Shown piece by piece: positions 49,722-58,526 of a stretch of 64,000 nt of DNA (its first letter is position 1; each line of letters starts with the position of its first letter). The notes under the pieces were generated by a model. That model was not told the origin of the DNA. It was given only the letters and a program-made list of their open reading frames with translations, and searched no databases. The position numbers and the translations under genes were made by a program. The stretch is taken from assembly GCA_028691715.1 (NCBI GenBank), contig JAQUYR010000001.1, positions 22,307 to 86,306 on the forward strand, written 5' to 3'. This DNA comes from Bacilli bacterium. GTDB taxonomy: Bacteria; Bacillota_I; Bacilli_A; ML615J-28; CAG-698.

Positions 49722-52307
49722 TTATTTAGTATAGATTAGATAAGATTCTGCTTGGTAAATGCTTATTTCCAAGACATTTAAATACTCTTGTAAAGTATAT
49801 GTATCATATCTGAATGTAAATTCATAATTCAATTGATCTTTATAAAAAGTTCTAGCAACGTTATATATAGTACCAAGTTCAGCTGATAAAGGAACATATA
49901 TATCATCGATAACAGTCATTTCATCCTCTGTAAGTAATGTAGTATCTTCATCAGCAAGATAAAGTTGAATTTCTTCAAGTGTAGGAATTATTCTTTCTCC
50001 TTCATCACCAATTCTAGTCATATCATAACATTTAATATTAATATATATTTGATATCCATCTTCACTCTTAATATATTTTGGATCCTCAGAAGTTCCATAT
50101 ATTTCCGGCTCTTCTGATTCTGGATTCTTATCCCAAATATATTTGGCAGCAGCATCGATTTCTTCTCCATATGTTCCGCCAGCAAAGACATCTAGATCTA
50201 TGCTATAAATTTTTATACCAGCAGTTTTATACTTAGACATCTCTATTCCCGCAAAACTTGAATTTGCTGGGCTGGTTTCATCGCCTAATAGATATGGGGC
50301 AATGTTATAGGCGTAAATAAGAGCATTAATGTTTTCTTCATAATTTGCTGGATTAATTTCAATATACTTTAATATTTCTAGATAGAATTCTTCGACTAAA
50401 GCTTTTTGCTCATCTGTCCAAGTGCTTGGATCGGTTCCCCTCTCATCAGCACCTTCGTAAGTAATTAGAACAGTCCAGGCGTCAACCTTGAAATATGTAT
50501 CGGCAATCTCTTGCATTTTTTCCTTGAAATATCTCCATAAGTCAGAATCTTCGCTGACACCAGTTAGGTCACTCGTGTTATTGATATAGGTATTCATCAA
50601 GTCACGGCGTAAATATAACAAGGCTAATTCTTTTTCTGTTCTAACACCATATGCCTCCATTAGGAAGTTTTCCCATCCATAACTTGCTGGATATCCATAT
50701 TGTGTATAATCATCAGATAAGAAATTATCCTTTTCCAAAGCGACATCGGAAACCATTGCTTCCCAAACATCTTCATTAAGAACTCTTTTACTATCATCAT
50801 CTGTTTTCATCTGTAAATCATATACATTATTAATATTTAAATCATATAAAAAGTTGTGATAATTTACAAGTTCTATAGCTACATATGGCCCATATGAATA
50901 ATCTAAATCCAAAAACATCTGTTCTTTTGTATACATACCGATTAATGCTGAATTATCGTTTTTATCAGTAATGTCCATAACAGCTACATATGTTTCATGA
51001 TTCCTTGCAGCTTCAGTTACTTTCTTATCAAAAAGATTGTTGTATGAATACTGTATATAACCATCATATATTACTAGATTGTGTAGCCATCTAATATATG
51101 CCATTTCTTCGTCAATCTCGCCATCAGTCAAATCTTCCATTACCATTTCTGATACAATGCCTTCTTTAGCTTCTTCGTATGTGATTGGCTCGATTTCTTT
51201 GATATTCAATATAAGATAATTTACATCGTTAAAGACTTGAACTCTTGGAGTATACCAACTCGCATTCTCAACACTATTATCAGTAGTATATGATGACATA
51301 GTGTTAATATATGTTGATAAGTCACTACTAAGTTGTGTTAATTCTTTTCCAGTATAATATAGTTGACTACTGGTGTCCTCAGTATTAAAGACTATTTTAT
51401 CATCAACAATATTGTAGTCAGTGCCTTCTTCTATTTCAAGGACTGTTTGAGCATCAGCTTTCTTAACCATTGTTTTATTATATAAATCAATGAATACCTG
51501 GGTTATTTCCTTTGTTGTAGCCACATTCCCTGTTTCATCGTTGATCCATTTGTTGTAATCACCTTCAACAGAGCTATCTGCAGGGCTTATTGTATATCCA
51601 AGTTGAGCTAAAGTATTCTCAATTTCTAGATAGCTGTTAAAAGGAATTATTATGCTCCAGAAAGAGCTAAGATAATTTTCTTTATAAAAAGTTTTCTTTT
51701 CTCCTTCAGTAAAAGGATCAGCCTGTTTTAACAGAGTATAATAATCAGTTACACACTTATATTTAGCAAGTTTTAAATGGTGATATTCTATTAAATCATC
51801 AAATTTTCGATAACCATGGCTATAAGAATCAAGAAGATAATTCTTTTGAAGAATTTCCATAACCTCTTCATCAGTATAATTAGCCGTTCCATCAGTAAAA
51901 TAATAAGCAATCATATCATCAATAATTTCTTCATCAGTAACTTGATCCCAGTAAGTGATATCGCTAATGTCTAAAAATTCTTCGCTTGTCTTAGATAGTT
52001 TCTTATAAAGATCTCTTTTACTGAAATTTTTCAAAATTGTTTTATCCGACCAATTAATGACAGCATCAATTCCCGCTTGATTGCGCAAATTAATATACAT
52101 TTCATCAACAGTAATATCATATGATAAAGTTCCTTGCTTTACTGTCATATAAGTCTCTTGACCTTCAGCAAGAATTTGTTCTGGATTATCTTCTATTTCA
52201 GGAGTAGGTTTGCATCCATCGCAACCAGCCATACAAAAGATTCCTAATATTGTGATTATTAATAATAAAATTTTTTTCATCGTCACTCGCTCCTTATTTG
52301 GGTTCAA
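49722..52307 (-). CDS. Large lipoprotein of unknown function
   Basis: 861 aa; lipobox ...ILGIFCMAGCDGC after MKKILLLIITIL (ORF-track N-term extended). Acidic, Tyr/Asp-rich, no recognisable catalytic motif. 9 nt downstream of the DUF2779 gene. Confidence 0.5.
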   Translation of the reverse strand: MNPNKERVTMKKILLLIITILGIFCMAGCDGCKPTPEIEDNPEQILAEGQETYMTVKQGTLSYDITVDEMYINLRNQAGIDAVINWSDKTILKNFSKRDLYKKLSKTSEEFLDISDITYWDQVTDEEIIDDMIAYYFTDGTANYTDEEVMEILQKNYLLDSYSHGYRKFDDLIEYHHLKLAKYKCVTDYYTLLKQADPFTEGEKKTFYKENYLSSFWSIIIPFNSYLEIENTLAQLGYTISPADSSVEGDYNKWINDETGNVATTKEITQVFIDLYNKTMVKKADAQTVLEIEEGTDYNIVDDKIVFNTEDTSSQLYYTGKELTQLSSDLSTYINTMSSYTTDNSVENASWYTPRVQVFNDVNYLILNIKEIEPITYEEAKEGIVSEMVMEDLTDGEIDEEMAYIRWLHNLVIYDGYIQYSYNNLFDKKVTEAARNHETYVAVMDITDKNDNSALIGMYTKEQMFLDLDYSYGPYVAIELVNYHNFLYDLNINNVYDLQMKTDDDSKRVLNEDVWEAMVSDVALEKDNFLSDDYTQYGYPASYGWENFLMEAYGVRTEKELALLYLRRDLMNTYINNTSDLTGVSEDSDLWRYFKEKMQEIADTYFKVDAWTVLITYEGADERGTDPSTWTDEQKALVEEFYLEILKYIEINPANYEENINALIYAYNIAPYLLGDETSPANSSFAGIEMSKYKTAGIKIYSIDLDVFAGGTYGEEIDAAAKYIWDKNPESEEPEIYGTSEDPKYIKSEDGYQIYINIKCYDMTRIGDEGERIIPTLEEIQLYLADEDTTLLTEDEMTVIDDIYVPLSAELGTIYNVARTFYKDQLNYEFTFRYDTYTLQEYLNVLEISIYQAESYLIYTK

Positions 52308-52316
52308 TACACCCGC

Positions 52317-54122
52317 TTATACTCCACATTTTTTTCTTATGCCCGCCAATACGACCACCATTGACCACGTATCCTGCGAACAATAAGTTATTAATTCTTG
52401 TCTTAATTCCTCTATTTTTTCTCTGTCTAAAACTTTAAATCGGGAATAAGCTACTATTGCTTCTGTTCCATTAGCAATTACTAAGTCCTTATATGATAAA
52501 TTAGAGAAAAGTGGTAGAACTTTTTTTATCGAATAACTTCCATGAAGCCCGTTATGATAATAGTTAACTCTCTTGCTTTCTCTTTCATCGAAACCCAGTG
52601 CCTGATATAAAGAAGATCTACTCTTAACAATATCCATCAAATCAAAGATGCTATCATTTATCTTTTGTAACTCTTTTTCATACTTTGGAAATATTTTGCT
52701 CAGCTCGCTTATCCTTGTATACTCATAGCTTTTATTATAAACCAGAACACTTCCACCATTTGTCAAGTCTATGAGTCTTATTAATTCCTTGACTAATTCT
52801 TCTCGGCAGTCATTGAAATCCTTTGCTAGAAAGGAATAACGATCTTTTATAAAGTCACATTCACCTGGTTTTTTTTCAATATGTAAAGAAAATTGGAATA
52901 AAGATTGAGAATAGGGATTTTCTCCAAAAAACCTTGGTAATGGTCCAGGAAAGCCTTCAAAATCCAAATGATATATCGGATAACGAAGTTCATCTAATCC
53001 CAACAATATTTTTCTTTCGTCAATATACTCACAATTTCTATCAAAACAGTCTCTTTGTATCAGTTTATTATCATCTTTTAACCAAGTATATGGAACATCG
53101 CCTAGACTATAATACTCTAAATTAATCATTTTTTCAAGAGAATATTTATTTTTATCTTCGTCGATAAACTCCTTTTTCCCAATTGTTTCCAAAATGGAGC
53201 CACTCTCTTTAAGTCTTTTCCAGCATACAGGAAAATAATGGCATTCATCAGTCTTCTTTACTCGACAATCAGGAACCATTTTATATGGTGTAAGCTTGCA
53301 TTCTTCGATATATCTAACAATCTTCTGTCTGTTTTTTTCAATCTCTGGTAAATATTGAGATGTAACTTCTGTTAGATCGATAAAGCAAATCAAATTTTCT
53401 CCATTTATCTGATTATAAATAGCATTCCCATTATCGTATTTGCCATCAAAAACATACTTGTTATTTAATACAGCTAGATAATACTTATAATTTTTATTCT
53501 CAGCCCTCTTATCACTGTTTTCAATGATATATCTCTCAATAGCAATATCAAAAACATACTTGCCAACTTCGTTATAGCGATCAAAAAGTTTCTCATATGA
53601 AGATAACAATTTCTCACTATCCTCAAAATTATTCCTGATTTTCAAAACTCCATCATCATCAATAAACAAACTGAAAAATTCTTTTTTTTCAGTATAACCC
53701 ATTTTTCTGAACTTCGAAGTTGTCGTTGCTTTTACTTCAATTACTATCGCTTCATTCTCATTTTCAAAATAACCATCTAAATAACTATAATATGTGTGCC
53801 CCTTTTCATCAGTGAATGAAAACTTCATCTGATCTTTTGTTGATTCCTTATATTCAAAATGACCATCGAATGTTTTATTTGCCTGGATAATTGCTTCTCT
53901 TTCAACATCTTTGTAAAAATCAAGCATTGCTTCAGTTTGAGCATCAACTTTAAATAATTCATCTCCTGTTTCAAAATCAAACATCGACGATAAAATGTCG
54001 ATGATATCATCTTCCTCGTAATCCCCGATTTCACTATCAAGCTTCTTTAAATATATTTGATCCAGCGGGTAATACCTATGGCATTTTGTATATTTTTTAA
54101 ACTGCGTCTTCGAAATGTTCAT
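52317..54122 (-). CDS. DUF2779-type protein: PD-(D/E)XK (Cas4-like) nuclease domain fused to RNase H-like/DnaQ-like exonuclease domain
   Basis: 601 aa; MNISKTQFKKYTKC... N-terminus characteristic of DUF2779. D...EAIVIEVK PD-(D/E)XK core, Cys cluster CRVKKTDECHYFPVC. C-terminal YHLDFEGF...YCSQDTW exonuclease-like motifs; SIKKVLP conserved tail. Confidence 0.6.
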   Translation of the reverse strand: MNISKTQFKKYTKCHRYYPLDQIYLKKLDSEIGDYEEDDIIDILSSMFDFETGDELFKVDAQTEAMLDFYKDVEREAIIQANKTFDGHFEYKESTKDQMKFSFTDEKGHTYYSYLDGYFENENEAIVIEVKATTTSKFRKMGYTEKKEFFSLFIDDDGVLKIRNNFEDSEKLLSSYEKLFDRYNEVGKYVFDIAIERYIIENSDKRAENKNYKYYLAVLNNKYVFDGKYDNGNAIYNQINGENLICFIDLTEVTSQYLPEIEKNRQKIVRYIEECKLTPYKMVPDCRVKKTDECHYFPVCWKRLKESGSILETIGKKEFIDEDKNKYSLEKMINLEYYSLGDVPYTWLKDDNKLIQRDCFDRNCEYIDERKILLGLDELRYPIYHLDFEGFPGPLPRFFGENPYSQSLFQFSLHIEKKPGECDFIKDRYSFLAKDFNDCREELVKELIRLIDLTNGGSVLVYNKSYEYTRISELSKIFPKYEKELQKINDSIFDLMDIVKSRSSLYQALGFDERESKRVNYYHNGLHGSYSIKKVLPLFSNLSYKDLVIANGTEAIVAYSRFKVLDREKIEELRQELITYCSQDTWSMVVVLAGIRKKCGV

Positions 54123-54240
54123 TTTCAGTCTCCTAAAAAATCTTGTATATCATTCTACCATTTTTAGCCACAAAAAACAAGTACAGACTTTTTTTATAAA
54201 AACATTATTATTCATATTACCTTTTTTAACTTAAAGTTAA

Positions 54241-54277
54241 CTTAAAAAAAGCCGACTCCCTTAAAGGCATCAGCTTA
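54241..54277 (-). terminator. Terminator of SBP-permease operon
   Basis: AAGCUGAUGCC-uuuaa-GGGAGUCGGCUU hairpin overlapping the stop, followed by U7 on minus strand. Confidence 0.5.
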
Positions 54278-55018
54278 TAATAATTTTAATTTAATTATTT
54301 TTAAAATTTCTTCTACAATTAGAATAAAAATTATCAGAACTATTGTCCAGGCAAAAACATTTGCCATCTCCAAAAAGTTTTTTTCTTGAAGCATCATATA
54401 ACCAATCGTGTTATTTGGCTGTGCAATGAATTCTGACATAACCATAACCTTTAATCCAAGACCGATTGTTGAAACAAGAGCACTAAAAATTTGAGGCATT
54501 ATTAGGGGTATATAAACCCCTTTTATTGTTTCAAAGTTAACTCCTGAAATCATTTTAATCTCATCGGTAATTCCTCTATCAATTGATTGAAAGCTCAATA
54601 GAAATGCTTCATACATGATTGGAAGAACTATCAATAGAGTAATAATATATGGGCTCTTAACATTTCCAAAAATCATCAGAAGTATTATTATGATGGCAGC
54701 AACGGGAATTGTTCTCATCAGCGTCATTAAAGGTCTAATAAACTCTCGGAATTTCGAAGAGACATAAGAAATAAGCGATAAGATCAAAGCTATTACAAAA
54801 GATACTCCAACTGTCATAAGTAGCCTTAACATTGTATTAAATATTACTAAGTATGTTTGCTTTTCCTTAAACATATTTATAAAAGCCGAAAAAACCTCAG
54901 ATATTTTGGGAATGACTAAAGAATTATCCATCAAATAAGAAGCAATAAACCATAAAAGAAAAATAAATACTATTCCGTAAAAAAACCAATAATTGATTTT
55001 AATAGTATATTTCTTCAT
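54275..55018 (-). CDS. ABC transporter permease (binding-protein-dependent, NitT/TauT-like)
   Basis: 247 aa; 6 TM segments, EAA-like loop region. Overlaps SBP gene end. Confidence 0.7.
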   Translation of the reverse strand: MKKYTIKINYWFFYGIVFIFLLWFIASYLMDNSLVIPKISEVFSAFINMFKEKQTYLVIFNTMLRLLMTVGVSFVIALILSLISYVSSKFREFIRPLMTLMRTIPVAAIIIILLMIFGNVKSPYIITLLIVLPIMYEAFLLSFQSIDRGITDEIKMISGVNFETIKGVYIPLIMPQIFSALVSTIGLGLKVMVMSEFIAQPNNTIGYMMLQEKNFLEMANVFAWTIVLIIFILIVEEILKIIKLKLL

Positions 55019-55949
55019 CTACAACCAATCCACCCAATATTTTATCGTTATATTTGTTCAGTAAATTGCAATAAGCAATAATAATGTTTTTATTATCTTT
55101 TGCTGATATATATTCGATATTACTTCTTGGTATACTTCTTTTGAGAATATCGCTTCCTGTTTTTGTGAAGAAATCATTGAGATTTATTATTCTATCAACA
55201 TACTCATCGGTTTTATTATTCATTTGCTCAATATTTTTTTCTAGTTTACTCATAAAAGTTTCAATATCTTTGATGTATGGCGAGTCTGGATTTATAAAAA
55301 CGGCTGCTTGAGGAATATTTGACAGCTCTTCTTTCATAACATCCTGAAGATTAATGATATTTAATTCAACTCCATATTTTACTTCCAGAGTCGTAATTGT
55401 TGGTTCAGCTGATAAAATATATTTTGGAGCATCGCATTCTTCAGTATTATCAGTACTACATACAAAGAAGGGAACGATATCGTTAACTCCCGCCTGATAG
55501 GTAATATTCGCCTCATAATTATTTGCTTCTAATGCTGCCTTTAAAATGATATCAGGAACATTGTTTTGCCCATATGCCAAAATATCTTGGCCATCTACAT
55601 CAGAAATGCTATCTAAGGTTGTAGATTTTCGGCTTACAAGATAGGTATTACCTAGTGTTATTATGGAAAATAGTTTATATGTTGATGACCCATTCATAAA
55701 CAATTTCATTCCTACAGTTAAAGGAGCAATTATAATATCATGTGATTTTGAAATCATAGCTGTAGTTAATAAATCAGCGCCACTAACAACTGTATATTCA
55801 ACATTCTCCTCTTCTAGTAATCCTCCAACTGCAATTAGTGGTGTTCCAGCTGGTAAAATAACCTCTATTTTATTCTCAATTTTCTTAGTACATCCTCCTA
55901 AAAATAAAGATATAAACAAACTTATTAAAACTATTACAATTTTTTTCAT
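54999..55949 (-). CDS. ABC transporter substrate-binding lipoprotein (NMT1/SsuA-like)
   Basis: 316 aa; lipoprotein signal MKKIVIVLISLFISLFLGGC; periplasmic-binding-protein-like fold. No ATPase gene in the operon. Confidence 0.55.
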   Translation of the reverse strand: MKKIVIVLISLFISLFLGGCTKKIENKIEVILPAGTPLIAVGGLLEEENVEYTVVSGADLLTTAMISKSHDIIIAPLTVGMKLFMNGSSTYKLFSIITLGNTYLVSRKSTTLDSISDVDGQDILAYGQNNVPDIILKAALEANNYEANITYQAGVNDIVPFFVCSTDNTEECDAPKYILSAEPTITTLEVKYGVELNIINLQDVMKEELSNIPQAAVFINPDSPYIKDIETFMSKLEKNIEQMNNKTDEYVDRIINLNDFFTKTGSDILKRSIPRSNIEYISAKDNKNIIIAYCNLLNKYNDKILGGLVVDEEIYY

Positions 55950-55976
55950 TTTATTACCTTTCCTTCTTTATAATTC

Positions 55977-56005
55977 TTGACATTATTATATCATTACAGT
56001 AAAAT
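55977..56005 (+). promoter_or_regulatory. Putative promoter of the Crp/Fnr-family regulator gene
   Basis: TTGACA-17 nt-TAAAAT. Confidence 0.45.
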
Positions 56006-56011
56006 GTTTAT

Positions 56012-56027
56012 TGTAACATTTGTTACA
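56012..56027. promoter_or_regulatory. CRP/FNR-type operator TGTAA-CATTTG-TTACA
   Basis: Perfect 5-N6-5 inverted repeat. Overlaps +1 of the crp-like promoter, and sits at about -41.5 relative to a TATAAT -10 of the divergent SBP-permease operon. Confidence 0.45.
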
Positions 56028-56040
56028 GAAAGGAAACGAT

Positions 56041-56652
56041 ATGAACGTTTACACTCATCCTTTTCTATTGGGGCATTCTATTGATTGCAACAGATATATT
56101 ACCATCAAACATTATAAGAAGGGTGATATTATCCATTCTGAAGGAGATATTTGTGATCATTTATCCCTGGTTTCTTTAGGAAATGTTTCTGTTTCTACAT
56201 ATACTTATTCGGAAAAAGAGTATTCAATAGCCAGCATTAACTCTGGTGGAATATTCGGACAGTTCTTACTCTTCTCCGATAATCCCCATTTCCTTGGTAA
56301 TGTTATAGCAACCACTAAAGCAACGATAATCAGAATAAATAAAGATAACTTATTAAGAATGTTAAGTGAGGATAGAGTTATTTTAACAAACTTCTTAGGA
56401 ATAGTAGCAACTTCTTTTATTTCTATTCAAGAGAGAGTAAAAATTCTATCTCAGAAATCGATAAAAGACAGCATTATGTTCTACATAAATGAGATAACAA
56501 AAAAGACAAAGCAAAAAACAATTTATATCAAGAGCAAAGAAACTTTAGCAAAATATCTAAACATTCCCAGGCCTTCACTTTCACGTTCTTTGATCGCCCT
56601 AAAAAAAGAGGGGCTTATCAGTATTAATGGAAAATATATTACAAAAATATAA
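56041..56652 (+). CDS. Crp/Fnr family transcriptional regulator (cNMP-binding domain + C-terminal HTH)
   Basis: ORF track uses TTG at 56020; ATG at 56041 has AAAGGAAA RBS. Beta-roll cNMP-binding region and HTH LAKYLNIPRPSLSRSLIALKKEGLI. No FNR-type N-terminal Cys cluster. Confidence 0.8.
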   Translation: MNVYTHPFLLGHSIDCNRYITIKHYKKGDIIHSEGDICDHLSLVSLGNVSVSTYTYSEKEYSIASINSGGIFGQFLLFSDNPHFLGNVIATTKATIIRINKDNLLRMLSEDRVILTNFLGIVATSFISIQERVKILSQKSIKDSIMFYINEITKKTKQKTIYIKSKETLAKYLNIPRPSLSRSLIALKKEGLISINGKYITKI

Positions 56653-56653
56653 A

Positions 56654-56694
56654 AAGCATAAATCAAAAATATGATTTATGCTTGTTTTTTTTAT
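56654..56694. terminator. Bidirectional terminator between crp-like gene (+) and hydA (-)
   Basis: 12-bp perfect stem AAGCAUAAAUCA/UGAUUUAUGCUU with U-runs on both strands. Confidence 0.7.
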
Positions 56695-58526
56695 TTAGAA
56701 TACTTTTCACGTTTAATATAATGAGTGTGTAATAGATGATGGGATACATGTCCACAAGGCTCTTTCAAGAATTCATCATATAAACGTATAACCTCTGGAT
56801 TTTTATGAGATTCTCTCAGTTTAGATGTATCATCAATGCCATAAATAGCTTTTGCTCTTTCTTTTCTGACATCGATCTTATCTTGAACTTTAGCACTAAT
56901 TACTGGTTGTCCACCACCATTAACGCATCCTCCCGTACATCCCATAACTTCAATAAAGGCGTATTGTTTTTCACCTTTCTTGATTTTTTCGAACATTTCT
57001 GGAACATTAACTGTACCATGAACAACAGCGAAATTTAAATCCAGACCATTAATATTTAGTGTGGCTTCTTTGATACCATTTTCTGTACCACGAACTTCAC
57101 TAATTACAACATCTTTCATATCCTTCTTCTCTAAAAGTTCTTTGACTGTTCGTAATGCTGCTTCCATAACTCCACCAGTAACGCCGAAGATTGCTCCAGC
57201 ACCAGTATATTTTCCAAATGGACTTTCGATTTTAGCATCAGGAAGCTCTCTGAAGTTGATATCTTGACGTTTAATCAGTCTTGCTAATTCTCTTGTTGTT
57301 AAAACATAGTCAACATCGCGTAAACCATCTACTTCCATCTCTGGACGATGAGCTTCAAATTTCTTAGCGATACAAGGCATAATTGAAACAACTTTAATCT
57401 TTTCTTTAGCGATTCCAATCTTATCTGCATAATAATGTTTTATCAAAGCTCCTTGCATTTGTTGAGGAGATTTGCAACTAGAAAGATTCTTTAAATATTC
57501 AGGATAATATGTTTCAATATATCTAATCCATCCTGGAGAACAAGAAGTAAGCAGTGGTAAAGCAACTTCCTCTTTGTTTAAAAACTTAGTAAGTCTTTGA
57601 ATAAGCTCTGTTCCTTCTTCCATGATAGTAACATCGGCAGCAAAATTGGTATCAGTAACATCATCAAATCCTAATTCCTGAAGGGCTTTATACATTTTGC
57701 CTTCAACATTAGTTCCAATTGGATAATCAAATTCTTCTCCTAAGGCAGCTCTAACTGATGGAGCAGTTTGAGCTATAACATAGTATTCTTTCTTTTCTAA
57801 CAACTCAATGACAGAATCAACATCATCTTTCTCTTTGATAGCGCCAACTGGGCAAGCTTGAATACACTTACCACAGAAGATACATCCAGAGTCTTCCATG
57901 TTGTGATTAAGTGCTGGTCCAACATATGTTTCAAAACCACGGTTATTAAAATCTAACACCTTAGTTCCTGCTAATTTTTCACAAGCACCTACGCATCTTC
58001 CACAAAGAATACATTTTGAACTATCTAAAACAATTGAATCAGTGATATTTAAAACTGCTTCTTTTGTTGAGAAAGTATTGTTTTCGCCTATAACATTAGG
58101 AATGTTATATTTTCTTAATAGATGTAACAATTCACAATTATGTTCACGAGGACAGCGCCAGCATTCAAATCGATGATTAGCAGCGATTAATTCTAAATTG
58201 TTTTTAACTGTTTTCTTAACTCTTTCAGTGTTTGTTCTAACAACTACAGAATCAGCTCCACGGCCTAAGCACTCTCTTACTTTAACAGTACAAGAGTTTT
58301 TTAATGTCCTAATTCCTTCTATTTCAACAACGCAAATACGACAAGCTGAAGTTTCATTGATACCCTTTAAGAAACAAAGACGAGGAATATCAACACCAGC
58401 AGCATAGGCAGCATCCATGACAGTATAATCGCCAGGTACTTCTACAACCTTGTTGTTTATGATTACTTTTATTAAATCACTCATATCTATTCCTCCTAAG
58501 CCGTAATAATAGCATTCTTTGGACAA
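56691..58526 (-). CDS. hydA: [FeFe] hydrogenase catalytic subunit HydA (M3-type; L1 motif variant TSCSPGW)
   Basis: N-terminal [2Fe-2S] (CRICVV), His-ligated [4Fe-4S] (HRFECWRCPREHNC), two ferredoxin-like CxxCxxCxxxCP motifs. H-cluster motifs L2 MPCIAKKFE and L3 EVMGCTGGCVNGGGQP. Likely true start ATG at 58484 (MSDLIKV, AGGAGG RBS); ORF track uses upstream TTG. Confidence 0.9.
   Translation of the reverse strand: MSKECYYYGLGGIDMSDLIKVIINNKVVEVPGDYTVMDAAYAAGVDIPRLCFLKGINETSACRICVVEIEGIRTLKNSCTVKVRECLGRGADSVVVRTNTERVKKTVKNNLELIAANHRFECWRCPREHNCELLHLLRKYNIPNVIGENNTFSTKEAVLNITDSIVLDSSKCILCGRCVGACEKLAGTKVLDFNNRGFETYVGPALNHNMEDSGCIFCGKCIQACPVGAIKEKDDVDSVIELLEKKEYYVIAQTAPSVRAALGEEFDYPIGTNVEGKMYKALQELGFDDVTDTNFAADVTIMEEGTELIQRLTKFLNKEEVALPLLTSCSPGWIRYIETYYPEYLKNLSSCKSPQQMQGALIKHYYADKIGIAKEKIKVVSIMPCIAKKFEAHRPEMEVDGLRDVDYVLTTRELARLIKRQDINFRELPDAKIESPFGKYTGAGAIFGVTGGVMEAALRTVKELLEKKDMKDVVISEVRGTENGIKEATLNINGLDLNFAVVHGTVNVPEMFEKIKKGEKQYAFIEVMGCTGGCVNGGGQPVISAKVQDKIDVRKERAKAIYGIDDTSKLRESHKNPEVIRLYDEFLKEPCGHVSHHLLHTHYIKREKYSK

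Noticed and set aside
56020-58526. ORF-track TTG/upstream starts for the crp-like gene (56020), hydA (58526), adk (29558), infA (28152) and ecfT (17523)
   Set aside because: In each case an internal ATG preceded by a strong GGAGG/AGGAG RBS gives the canonical protein N-terminus. The longer ORFs run through the RBS or overlap the upstream gene excessively.
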